Made by a program: the position numbers and the translations under genes. This document shows, one piece after another, positions 27,109 to 35,575 of a DNA stretch of 64,000 nt. Each line of letters opens with the position of its first letter. Positions within the stretch are counted from its first letter, which is position 1. The notes under the pieces are model-generated. The model ran no database searches and was not told the DNA's origin. It saw only the letters and a list, made by a program, of their open reading frames with translations. Source of the stretch: Gammaproteobacteria bacterium (GTDB lineage: Bacteria; Pseudomonadota; Gammaproteobacteria; Eutrophobiales; Eutrophobiaceae); contig CBDEUK010000001.1 of the NCBI GenBank assembly GCA_965243205.1, forward strand, positions 32,001 through 96,000. The letters are read 5' to 3'.

Positions 27109-27124
27109 CTGTCTTGGGGAGCCA
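27109..27124 (+). other. tRNA 3'-end fragment (tRNA-Asn-like), candidate prophage att site
   Basis: CTGTC-TTGGGGA-G-CCA fits T-stem 3' strand, acceptor strand, G discriminator and CCA, followed by a terminator. No T-loop or rest of a tRNA upstream. Confidence 0.55.
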
Positions 27125-27128
27125 AATT

Positions 27129-27164
27129 AAAAAAGGGTTTCATAATGAAACCCTTTCTTGTTTT
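27129..27164. terminator. Bidirectional intrinsic terminator, copy 1
   Basis: AAAAAAGGGTTTCA-TAA-TGAAACCCTTTCTTGTTTT. Confidence 0.8.
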
Positions 27165-27224
27165 ATAAACTCAGTATTTTTTAAAAATACCTGCTTTGAG
27201 ATTTACTAAAAGTGCTCTGCCTCC

Positions 27225-27626
27225 TTAATTATAATTACTAATTGAATCGCAGTATGAGGGTGCAAGCAATAATGTGCTATTTTTATTGAAATTAATTATT
27301 AATAATTCATGATTTTTTGTATATTTTCCTTTCAATAAAGTATCAAACAATCTTGGTTTTAAATATTCATTTTTTAAATGATGTGGAAATTTATATTCAA
27401 AAAGTTTTTTTTCAGCGGTTTTTATCCTAAAACAATCAAAATTAAAAGGGACCTCTTTTTGTTCTCCTGAATTAATAGAATCTAGTTTAACTTTAGAATA
27501 TATAGAAATAATAAAAATTTCTTTATTAGTTTCATTAGCTAAAATTAACTTAGAATTAATGGCACACCCAGACAGTAATATAAATAAAAACCAAATAGAC
27601 ATTAAATGTTTAGCAAATAAATACAT
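27225..27626 (-). CDS. Lipoprotein, putative Rhs immunity protein
   Basis: Lipobox LSG-C after a hydrophobic stretch; very AT-rich; start overlaps the Rhs stop. Confidence 0.7.
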   Translation of the reverse strand: MYLFAKHLMSIWFLFILLSGCAINSKLILANETNKEIFIISIYSKVKLDSINSGEQKEVPFNFDCFRIKTAEKKLFEYKFPHHLKNEYLKPRLFDTLLKGKYTKNHELLIINFNKNSTLLLAPSYCDSISNYN

Positions 27627-30600
27627 TAAAACACTGTATCTTGCATCGGCCCTGTTTCCATAAAATTATTTTGATGCCATTTATCAACTGGATGCAATAA
27701 ATCAGGATGTGGTTCTCTAAAAATTGAAGTCATCCCACCAATAATATGAGAAGGGAAATAAGCTGGGCCCAGAATCTGAGATTGTAAGGTATGTCTGAAC
27801 TCCTCACCATAAACTGTAAAATCTGTTGGAGTTTTTAAGAAATGAACATTCGATGAATCAGGTGATACATTCTGTCCATAAATAACAGCATTTCCAAATG
27901 TCATAGCTGTTGCCATCAGTGGATTATTTGTAAATTGCACAGCATTATTCTCAAATGTGATATTAGGATTAGTATTCATTGCTAATCCTACAAGATGACC
28001 AATACCTCCGTAAGTTAAACCTACAATTGTATTTGGCCCTGCCCATATTTTACTAGCAACGTCTAATGATCCTCTAAAAACTTTTCCTTCAAAATTATAA
28101 CCACTATTTGTACCATCTAATTGCAATGTAGAATTATATTTAAATGCTGCATTTGCAAATGAAAATGCGGTAGATGATTTGAAGCCATCTAAGAAGTCAC
28201 CACCTTCTAGCTCCGAACGAGCACCACCAATTGTACCATTAGCCAATACTCTAGAAGCACTCCATGTATTTCCAAAATATGATTTTACTCCGCCTAAAGC
28301 CGCTCCAGATAAACCACCTAATACTCCACTCTCTAAATCTCCACCTGTAATTGCTCCAAACACAAACCCACCTGTTGCGCCACCAATAATATTTGCTACA
28401 GTAAACGCGGCCTCTAAAGTTATTGCACTACCAGATGCAATAGCCCCAGCAGCAAAATCTAATGCTGCATTATAAGCTAACCCTCCCGTATACCATGCAG
28501 TAACGCCTATAACTAATGCATTTATTAATGAGTTCCCTCCTGTAATTTTATTTAATGTGCTATTTATAAAACCAAGAACTCCATCTATCACATCAGTTAC
28601 AAAATCAATTATATCATCCCCGATTGTTACAGCTACAATAGCAGCAGCAATAAGACCAATAATGAAATGCCCGCTTGGATCGGTAAAACTCAACGGATTA
28701 TTATTTACATAAGTGTATCGATTAAAGTTTTGCTGAACTTCTGGGTATTGTATAAATGGATCTGGACTTAAGAAGCGCCCTAAGTCAGGGTCATACACAC
28801 GACCACCCATGTGAATGAGACCCACATCATCTAAGTATTGATGCCCAGTAAAACATCGGTTGGTTTCACTCGAGAACACTTGTGCTATGGCATCATCCCA
28901 GGTCGGTTGACGACGCTTACCATGTGGGTCATAACTTAAACTCTCAGCAACACCTGCCGTCTCATCCGTAATAGCTGTTATCGAACCTAAATGGTCTCGA
29001 TGTAAATAACGCGTCTCTTCTGTATCATTGTTAGTACTCGAAATATCATCAATCGATTTAAACAGGCCAATCGTTTGACCACCCGCTTTTAAATAATGAA
29101 TATAAGTGGTTTTACCTACCTTGCCGTCTATCTCAAACACCGAGTTCACATACGTACGGATTTCAGATGGATTCGAACCATTCGTCACCGTTTGTTGCAC
29201 CATCTCCCGACTCGCACCGTACTTAAACGCAATGTTGGTAGAACCTTGATCGATTTGTAATGGCTTGTTGTAACTGCTCCACGTTATGGTGCGCGTAGCG
29301 CTTGCAGTAAAATTATAGTTTTGTGTGACGTTACCGTTCGCATCATAGAGAACGTTATGACCACCGATCGATGTCACCGCATGTGGACGTGGACCACCAT
29401 AAATATACGTACCACTGACACCCGTCTTAGTTTTAATATTACCTAACGCATCATAGGTGTAGTTTTTTATCGTCCCGTTAAGAACGCTTTGTTTAATACG
29501 ATTCAAATCGTCGTATAAAAAACTTTCTGTATTGGTCTGAGTAATGTCTTCACGTTCAGTTAAGTTACCAATGACATCAAATGTGAACGTTAAGTCTTGA
29601 ATGTTATTGACCAACGCAGGTGAGCTCGTACCAATCGCATTCACCAAACCCGTCTCCGGTGTATACCCCATGTTGGTGATCACACCATTGTCGTATTTTT
29701 GTTTGGTCACCTTACCTTCGGCATCCATCAACATCACGGTGTAATACTCTTCCGTGATGTCATCGGCGTTATAAACCAAATCCAGATAACCGCGTGCATT
29801 GTATTGATGTTTGACTTTCAAACGGCCACTATCATGCGCCCGTTGTGGATAGGTAATGACATCGACTCTGCCTGAACTGTCGTAGGTTTGTTCTTGAACA
29901 TGTGTACCCACCACACCCGTGATGGTGGTTGAGGTCGAACTCAACCGACCGTAACCATCGTACACATAACTCTCATCTTTGCCTTCAGCCGAACTGACAC
30001 TAATGAGTTTGCCAATCGAGTGTGCTGTTTGACCCGCCGCGTAGTTACTGCCACTCGCATAGTCATACACCCATGTTGATGTTCCTTCGGCTTCGACTCT
30101 CTGCGTCATGCGACCTAACTTATCATAGGTCATTGTCACCGTTTGACTCTTTGCATCCGTTTGACTCACCAACTCACCTAAGGCGTTGTAGGTATAACTC
30201 CAGATACCCATATCCGGGTCATCCATACCCGTCTTACGACCGCGTAAGTCATATAGATTCGTCGTTGTGTTGTTATTGCTATCGGTTAGCGTCCTTAAGT
30301 TACCAAAGGGTTCATATTCATAGGTAGCGATATTGTTGAGATTGTCTTCAGTTGATACCAACTGTCCAATCGCATTATTGGTACGAGTATTAGTTTGACT
30401 TAAAAAAACATTGGTCTCGCTGACCGACAAACCGACATAACTCGTAGTAGTTTCAACACCGTTCACATGATCTGGATGCGGCGCGATGCGTTTAACTGAA
30501 CGACCCACCACATCGTATTCAATTGCGTGCCAGTAACTGGTACTACCCGCGTAGTATGGACGAGATTTGGCCACTACTTGACCCAACTGATTGTATTCCG

Positions 30601-31516
30601 TATCAACGTATATCAACGTACCATCAAAGCCTTGGCTTTGAACTCTCAACTCACGACCTAAGGCATCTGAATACGCCACACTAGTTGGAGCACCACTAGC
30701 TTGAGTCGTAACCGATAATGCACCGTTCAATGGACATGCAGTATTGCCACTTTCTCCCTGGAAGCCATGACACCATTCTCGCGTCACGGTGGTCGACGTG
30801 CCATCGGCCCTAACCTCACTCGTTTGACGGCCAAATGAGTCATAAACCCATGTCGTCATTAATTGATTTGGACCTGTTAAGGTCTTCATCACACCAAACT
30901 TCGCATCATAGGTTCGAGTTTCATTGTGGCCCAACGCATTTGTCGTGCTAATTGCAAATTGACCACGCGCATCATACATTGTCGTTGTCGTACGTGATGC
31001 AATAGCAGTAGCTCCGCTTCCACCAGTTACTGTCACACTGGTTTTATTACCAAATGCCACAGTATCGTATCCATAAGTTGTTTCCAGTCGTAATGACGGA
31101 GTGTCAGGTTCGATAATTTCTTTACTTAATAAACCATTTGCGTTGTATTCAAAACTCGATGTACGAGTACCGCAGGTTCCTGTCGTTGGATCAGAATTTG
31201 AACACGTACCGTCTCTCGGATCACCATTGCTTGGTAGATACTGAGTCACCTCGGTTCTTTGCAGCCTATCTAAAAACCATTGAGTTTCATTAGGCGGATA
31301 ATACTGATTAGCCGTATAAGTAGTGTGCGTATCACCATTGCATGTCGTATCTTTACATGTAGTTGAAACCGTAATGGTAGTGGGATTACCGTGATCATCA
31401 TAACTAGTGGTAGTTACCACCTCACTTACTTTGCTACTGGTCGCTGCAAACACTTGCCCTGCAAATAAGAAAAGTAAAGCAATAATAAATTGAGTAACTA
31501 GATTATAGCGTTGCAT
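27626..31516 (-). CDS. RHS/YD-repeat protein with Rhs core and C-terminal toxin; own signal peptide
   Basis: YD repeats; core YLHRDHLGS...GLIHMGGRVYDPDLGRFLSPDP...NPLSFTDPSG. ATG 31516 with RBS AAGGAG and signal MQRYNLVTQFIIALLFLFAGQVFA. Confidence 0.92.
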   Translation of the reverse strand: MQRYNLVTQFIIALLFLFAGQVFAATSSKVSEVVTTTSYDDHGNPTTITVSTTCKDTTCNGDTHTTYTANQYYPPNETQWFLDRLQRTEVTQYLPSNGDPRDGTCSNSDPTTGTCGTRTSSFEYNANGLLSKEIIEPDTPSLRLETTYGYDTVAFGNKTSVTVTGGSGATAIASRTTTTMYDARGQFAISTTNALGHNETRTYDAKFGVMKTLTGPNQLMTTWVYDSFGRQTSEVRADGTSTTVTREWCHGFQGESGNTACPLNGALSVTTQASGAPTSVAYSDALGRELRVQSQGFDGTLIYVDTEYNQLGQVVAKSRPYYAGSTSYWHAIEYDVVGRSVKRIAPHPDHVNGVETTTSYVGLSVSETNVFLSQTNTRTNNAIGQLVSTEDNLNNIATYEYEPFGNLRTLTDSNNNTTTNLYDLRGRKTGMDDPDMGIWSYTYNALGELVSQTDAKSQTVTMTYDKLGRMTQRVEAEGTSTWVYDYASGSNYAAGQTAHSIGKLISVSSAEGKDESYVYDGYGRLSSTSTTITGVVGTHVQEQTYDSSGRVDVITYPQRAHDSGRLKVKHQYNARGYLDLVYNADDITEEYYTVMLMDAEGKVTKQKYDNGVITNMGYTPETGLVNAIGTSSPALVNNIQDLTFTFDVIGNLTEREDITQTNTESFLYDDLNRIKQSVLNGTIKNYTYDALGNIKTKTGVSGTYIYGGPRPHAVTSIGGHNVLYDANGNVTQNYNFTASATRTITWSSYNKPLQIDQGSTNIAFKYGASREMVQQTVTNGSNPSEIRTYVNSVFEIDGKVGKTTYIHYLKAGGQTIGLFKSIDDISSTNNDTEETRYLHRDHLGSITAITDETAGVAESLSYDPHGKRRQPTWDDAIAQVFSSETNRCFTGHQYLDDVGLIHMGGRVYDPDLGRFLSPDPFIQYPEVQQNFNRYTYVNNNPLSFTDPSGHFIIGLIAAAIVAVTIGDDIIDFVTDVIDGVLGFINSTLNKITGGNSLINALVIGVTAWYTGGLAYNAALDFAAGAIASGSAITLEAAFTVANIIGGATGGFVFGAITGGDLESGVLGGLSGAALGGVKSYFGNTWSASRVLANGTIGGARSELEGGDFLDGFKSSTAFSFANAAFKYNSTLQLDGTNSGYNFEGKVFRGSLDVASKIWAGPNTIVGLTYGGIGHLVGLAMNTNPNITFENNAVQFTNNPLMATAMTFGNAVIYGQNVSPDSSNVHFLKTPTDFTVYGEEFRHTLQSQILGPAYFPSHIIGGMTSIFREPHPDLLHPVDKWHQNNFMETGPMQDTVF

Positions 31517-31634
31517 AGCGTCTCTCCTTAAGACCGGTGCTGTTGCAAATACATTTTTAATAACATTAAATTGAAAAAATGATTGGGCTTTAAAAATCAA
31601 ATCCAGTGTATTAAGTGAGTTCTGTTTCATGACA

Positions 31635-34298
31635 TTAATCCAATTCATAGTCTGTTTTCGTCACACTTGATGCATAGGGAAACAATACACCAGGATGTGG
31701 ATCGTATAATGGTAATGTTGAACTCGTCTTAATCGTCTCAACACCATCCTGCGTCTTCTTATTCGCAAAGGCCGTTATGACTTTACTTAATGGTGCACCG
31801 TCATATTCCTGTTTCGTCTCTTTCACCATACCCACATATGGATAAGCTTGTTCATACGTCGTAGTGGTAATGATGTTGGTATCAACATTAGTACTCGTCA
31901 TTGTTTGAAATCCTAAGAAACCTCTAAAATAAGAACTCTTTGCAATACTATATTGATACGTCGTTTCCGATTGATGAGGAACAATCAAACCACCAGCAAG
32001 ATAGTTCGCATCATTTTTAACTGAACTCACCACATAAACAGAACCGATGATATCCACTTCCGGATAAACAGAACCGCTGCCCTTTGTATAAATATTACTG
32101 TCCGTTAATGACTTGTATGAAATAGAGATTGATATGCCAAGAGAATCGGTAATGGAAGTAGCCTGGTCGGAAATATTTCCATCCGCTAAAAATACATACG
32201 CCAAACCCTCTTCATTGTGCGACATGATAAAATCCGTTAAACCATCTCCATTCACATCTTGGTAATAACGATCGTACGTCGAATTCCATCCACTCTGTTC
32301 AATATCCGTACCCACATAATTTTCTACAAACGAACCATCTCCCTCTCCTAAAAATACATACACCAAACCCTCTTCATTGTGCGACATGATAAAATCCGTT
32401 AAACCATCTCCATTCACATCTTGGTAATAACGATCGTACGTTGAATTCCATCCACTCTGTTCAACATCCGTACCCACATAACTTTCTACAAAAGAACCAT
32501 CTCCCTCTCCTAAAAATACATAGACGTATCCTTCATCGTTATGCGATAAGATATAATCAATTAAGCCATCTCCATTCACATCTCGAAAATAACGATCGTA
32601 CGTTGAATTCCATCCACTCTGTTCAATATCCGTACCCACATAATTTTCTACAAACGAACCGTCTCCTTCTCCTAAAAATACATACACCAAACCCTCTTCA
32701 TTGTGCGACATGATAAAATCCGTTAAACCATCTCCATTCACATCTTGGTAATAACGATCGTACGTCGAATTCCATCCACTCTGTTCAATATCCGTACCCA
32801 CATAATTTTCTACAAACGAACCATCTCCCTCTCCTAAAAATACATACACCAAACCCTCTTCATTGTGCGACATGATAAAATCCGTTAAACCATCTCCATT
32901 CATATCTTGGTAATAACGATCGTACGTTGAATTCCATCCACTCTGTTCAACATCCGTACCCACATAACTTTCTACAAAAGAACCATCTCCCTCTCCTAAA
33001 AATACATAGACGTATCCTTCATCGTTATGCGATAAGATATAATCAATTAAGCCATCTCCATTCACATCTCGAAAATAACGATCGTACGTTGAATTCCATC
33101 CACTCTGTTCAATATCCGTACCCACATAATTTTCTACAAACGAACCGTCTCCTTCTCCTAAAAATACATACACCAAACCCTCTTCATTGTGCGACATGAT
33201 AAAATCCGTTAAACCATCTCCATTCACATCTTGGTAATAACGATCGTACGTCGAATTCCATCCACTCTGTTCAATATCCGTACCCACATAATTTTCTACA
33301 AACGAACCATCGGCTGGATTTTGTTCCCAAGTTATTTCAATCGGCTTAAAACATTTCTGAGTAGTTGAACCATCACATTCGGTAAGATGGGTTATACGTG
33401 AACGACTCGCGGCACCGTTATTGTCATACGTCAGCTGATAATCTCTTACCGGTGTTGTGTAGTCATTATCCGTATACGTCTTTATGTTTGTTAAACGTTC
33501 CGTATTCTTGATAAGAGAACCCGCAAAGTACATCGGTGTAATGTCTGTCCTTGTCTCATACTCAAACTTAACTTTCGCATATGGACTCAAGTTCGAACTG
33601 TTACCCGTATAATTAATCTCGGTTGGCTTGTACGTCCCATTCGTTCCATCTTCACTGTACGTCACCTTCAAGTAGTTACCCACCGTGTCACTGATTTTGT
33701 TCACCGCCCAAAGCCTCACATCCGTTTTGCCTTGTGCTTCTATCCTTGAGTCATTGGTGTATCCATACTCCATCACCTGACCACTCTTCGTCCATGCCTT
33801 AAACTTCTCAGGACCATTCCCCGTATCTCCATAAGAAATGACCTTCGTAAAACTCTCTATCTCAGTCCGATACTCCGTACCCTCTGCTCCATAAACACCA
33901 CTCACTGAAATCAATCGTTGACCATCAATACAAAAACGGTCGTTAGCATCAAAGTCAACGCCATCAATAAAACCATCCACCACGCGATTCGCAGGACAAC
34001 GTGTAATCACAGACAAACCACCCAAACTAAATCCAACTCCCATCAAACCATTACCACTTCGTGAGTTATACGATAACGATAACGAGGGTTGCATACCCGC
34101 TGTACCTGGGGGCACAACAATAGGAACCGAATAGTTCGCACCACCACTCGAATCCACACTGAACTCACCCGCCGTCACACCAGGTTCGGTGGCTTGAATG
34201 GAAAAAGAAATGAATGAAAGAAAAAAAAGAAAAGGAAAAACGGTATGCCTTAACAACACACGACAAAGAATACGAATATCAAACCTTGAATACTCCAT
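31635..34298 (-). CDS. SpvB/TcB-like N-terminal domain plus FG-GAP (VCBS-like) propeller plus TcdB-midN-like region; signal peptide
   Basis: GEFSVDSSGGANYSVPIVVPPGTAGMQPSLSLSYNS, DRFCIDGQRL, seven DVNGDGL.D repeats, RGFLGFQ. Signal ends FSIQA; RBS GGGGAG. Confidence 0.9.
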   Translation of the reverse strand: MEYSRFDIRILCRVLLRHTVFPFLFFLSFISFSIQATEPGVTAGEFSVDSSGGANYSVPIVVPPGTAGMQPSLSLSYNSRSGNGLMGVGFSLGGLSVITRCPANRVVDGFIDGVDFDANDRFCIDGQRLISVSGVYGAEGTEYRTEIESFTKVISYGDTGNGPEKFKAWTKSGQVMEYGYTNDSRIEAQGKTDVRLWAVNKISDTVGNYLKVTYSEDGTNGTYKPTEINYTGNSSNLSPYAKVKFEYETRTDITPMYFAGSLIKNTERLTNIKTYTDNDYTTPVRDYQLTYDNNGAASRSRITHLTECDGSTTQKCFKPIEITWEQNPADGSFVENYVGTDIEQSGWNSTYDRYYQDVNGDGLTDFIMSHNEEGLVYVFLGEGDGSFVENYVGTDIEQSGWNSTYDRYFRDVNGDGLIDYILSHNDEGYVYVFLGEGDGSFVESYVGTDVEQSGWNSTYDRYYQDMNGDGLTDFIMSHNEEGLVYVFLGEGDGSFVENYVGTDIEQSGWNSTYDRYYQDVNGDGLTDFIMSHNEEGLVYVFLGEGDGSFVENYVGTDIEQSGWNSTYDRYFRDVNGDGLIDYILSHNDEGYVYVFLGEGDGSFVESYVGTDVEQSGWNSTYDRYYQDVNGDGLTDFIMSHNEEGLVYVFLGEGDGSFVENYVGTDIEQSGWNSTYDRYYQDVNGDGLTDFIMSHNEEGLAYVFLADGNISDQATSITDSLGISISISYKSLTDSNIYTKGSGSVYPEVDIIGSVYVVSSVKNDANYLAGGLIVPHQSETTYQYSIAKSSYFRGFLGFQTMTSTNVDTNIITTTTYEQAYPYVGMVKETKQEYDGAPLSKVITAFANKKTQDGVETIKTSSTLPLYDPHPGVLFPYASSVTKTDYELD
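32178..33311 (-). repeat. Seven tandem 162-bp (54-aa) FG-GAP-type repeats with a 486-bp higher-order period
   Basis: Units are near-identical, in order A-B-C-A-B-C-A; shadow ORFs at 32441 and 32927 are identical and 486 bp apart. Confidence 0.95.
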
Positions 34299-34403
34299 GC
34301 TCTCCCCTTAGAGCGTATGTTTTTAAACTCCCTTTTAATTTAAGTAACAAAAGGGCTTATTAAAACTGAGGCCCGATTATTACCGATAGTTAATATTTTC
34401 GCA

Positions 34404-34419
34404 TCACCCATTTGGGTGA
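34404..34419. promoter_or_regulatory. Operator-like palindrome upstream of the Rhs operon
   Basis: TCACCCA-TT-TGGGTGA, perfect 7-bp arms in an AT-rich intergenic region. Confidence 0.4.
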
Positions 34420-34631
34420 GGTTTGATGAACTTTTTATGAATAAGGATTATTTCCTAGGTGATGTATCATCGTTAATTGATTGAATAACGATGACATTAT
34501 TCAATCTTGATTACTTTTTATTGATTTAAATAAAACGTGTTTAATTATATAAATTATGAAACAGTTCACAGTTTTAATAACAACATGAACGCAATACGTT
34601 TTATTACTAATACAACTGTTTAAGAAAAGAC

Positions 34632-34672
34632 AAATAAAAAAAGGGTTTCATAACGAAACCCTTTTTTTATTT
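34632..34672. terminator. Bidirectional intrinsic terminator, copy 2 (after galU)
   Basis: AAATAAAAAAAGGGTTTC-ATAAC-GAAACCCTTTTTTTATTT, perfect 18-bp arms. Confidence 0.88.
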
Positions 34673-34690
34673 TATAAGTAAACTATTTTT

Positions 34691-35566
34691 TTATAATTTC
34701 ATTGTATTTAAATATTCTTTAAAATCATCTTTTAATTCAGGGTGTTCTAATGCAAGTTCAACGGTAGCTTGTAGATAGCCTAATTTTGAACCACAATCAT
34801 AGCGTTTACCTTGGAATTCTAAACCATAAACTGCTTCAATTTTTAGTAATGAATCAATAGCATCTGTTAATTGGATTTCGCCGCCAGCGCCTTTACCGAT
34901 TGTGCGAATCATTTTAAAGATCGTTGGACTTAATACATATCGTCCCACACTGGCCAATGTAGTTGGCGCTTCTTCAGGTTTTGGTTTTTCAATAATTCCG
35001 GTTACTTTTTGGATATTGGTTGCTAACTTTTCTGAACTTACTATTCCGTATTTAGATGTTTCTTCTCGTGCGACATCCATAACCGCCAATACACTGCCAT
35101 GATGATATTCGAATACATCTACCATTTGTTTTAAACAACCTTGCCCTTGGTTCTTAATTAAATCATCTGCTAATAAAACGGCAAAAGGTTCATCTCCAAC
35201 GGCAGGTTCTGCGCATAGCACTGCATGCCCTAAGCCAAGTGCTTCGGCTTGTCGAATGTAAATACAGTTAACATGTTCAGGTACGATTCCTTGTACAATT
35301 TCTAACATCTTAGTTTTTTGTTTTTTTTCTAATTCCACTTCAAGTTCATATGCTTTATCGAAGTGATCTGCTATTGAACGTTTTGCTCTACCCGTAATAA
35401 AGATAAGATCTGTAATACCAGCTTCTACAGCTTCTTCTACTGCATATTGAATAAGCGGTTTATCAACAATAGGTAACATTTCTTTTGCATTGGCCTTAGT
35501 TGCGGGAAGAAAGCGTGTGCCGAGACCTGCTACTGGAAAAACGGCTTTGGTGATTTTACGTTTCAT
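34691..35566 (-). CDS. galU: UTP--glucose-1-phosphate uridylyltransferase
   Basis: [44 protein letters not shown]. Confidence 0.97.
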   Translation of the reverse strand: MKRKITKAVFPVAGLGTRFLPATKANAKEMLPIVDKPLIQYAVEEAVEAGITDLIFITGRAKRSIADHFDKAYELEVELEKKQKTKMLEIVQGIVPEHVNCIYIRQAEALGLGHAVLCAEPAVGDEPFAVLLADDLIKNQGQGCLKQMVDVFEYHHGSVLAVMDVAREETSKYGIVSSEKLATNIQKVTGIIEKPKPEEAPTTLASVGRYVLSPTIFKMIRTIGKGAGGEIQLTDAIDSLLKIEAVYGLEFQGKRYDCGSKLGYLQATVELALEHPELKDDFKEYLNTMKL

Positions 35567-35575
35567 GACAAAAAA

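Larger units (their letters stand above)
1..27124 (-). mobile_element. Prophage (siphovirus-type morphogenesis and lysis arm), continuing past the left window edge; right boundary at a candidate tRNA-derived att site
   Basis: Contiguous co-oriented terminase, portal, capsid, tail tube, tape measure, tail tip and lysis genes. No sheath gene. No integrase or replication genes inside the window. Confidence 0.9.
27125..34630. mobile_element. Rhs toxin-immunity islet between duplicated terminators
   Basis: Flanked by a 46/47-bp imperfect direct repeat (27123-27168 and 34631-34677); no recombinase gene inside. Confidence 0.45.

Noticed and set aside
27050-27124. Complete tRNA gene
   Set aside because: Only the last 16 nt fit; there is no TTCGA loop, anticodon arm or matching 5' acceptor strand.
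31516-31648. Split Rhs as a frameshifted pseudogene, and the track start at 31648
   Set aside because: The second gene has its own strong RBS and signal peptide after an AT-rich spacer, which a simple frameshift would not create.
32441-33199. Two identical 90-aa plus-strand ORFs
   Set aside because: Antisense shadows of the 486-bp repeat period.
32178-33311. Regular repeats as a possible CRISPR array
   Set aside because: The units are contiguous 162-bp in-frame coding repeats with no unique spacers and no cas genes.
1-34298. Phage genes plus Rhs as a contractile injection system or tailocin delivering the toxin
   Set aside because: No sheath, baseplate, VgrG or PAAR; full head and packaging genes are present; a terminator and candidate att separate the blocks; the Rhs chains have signal peptides.
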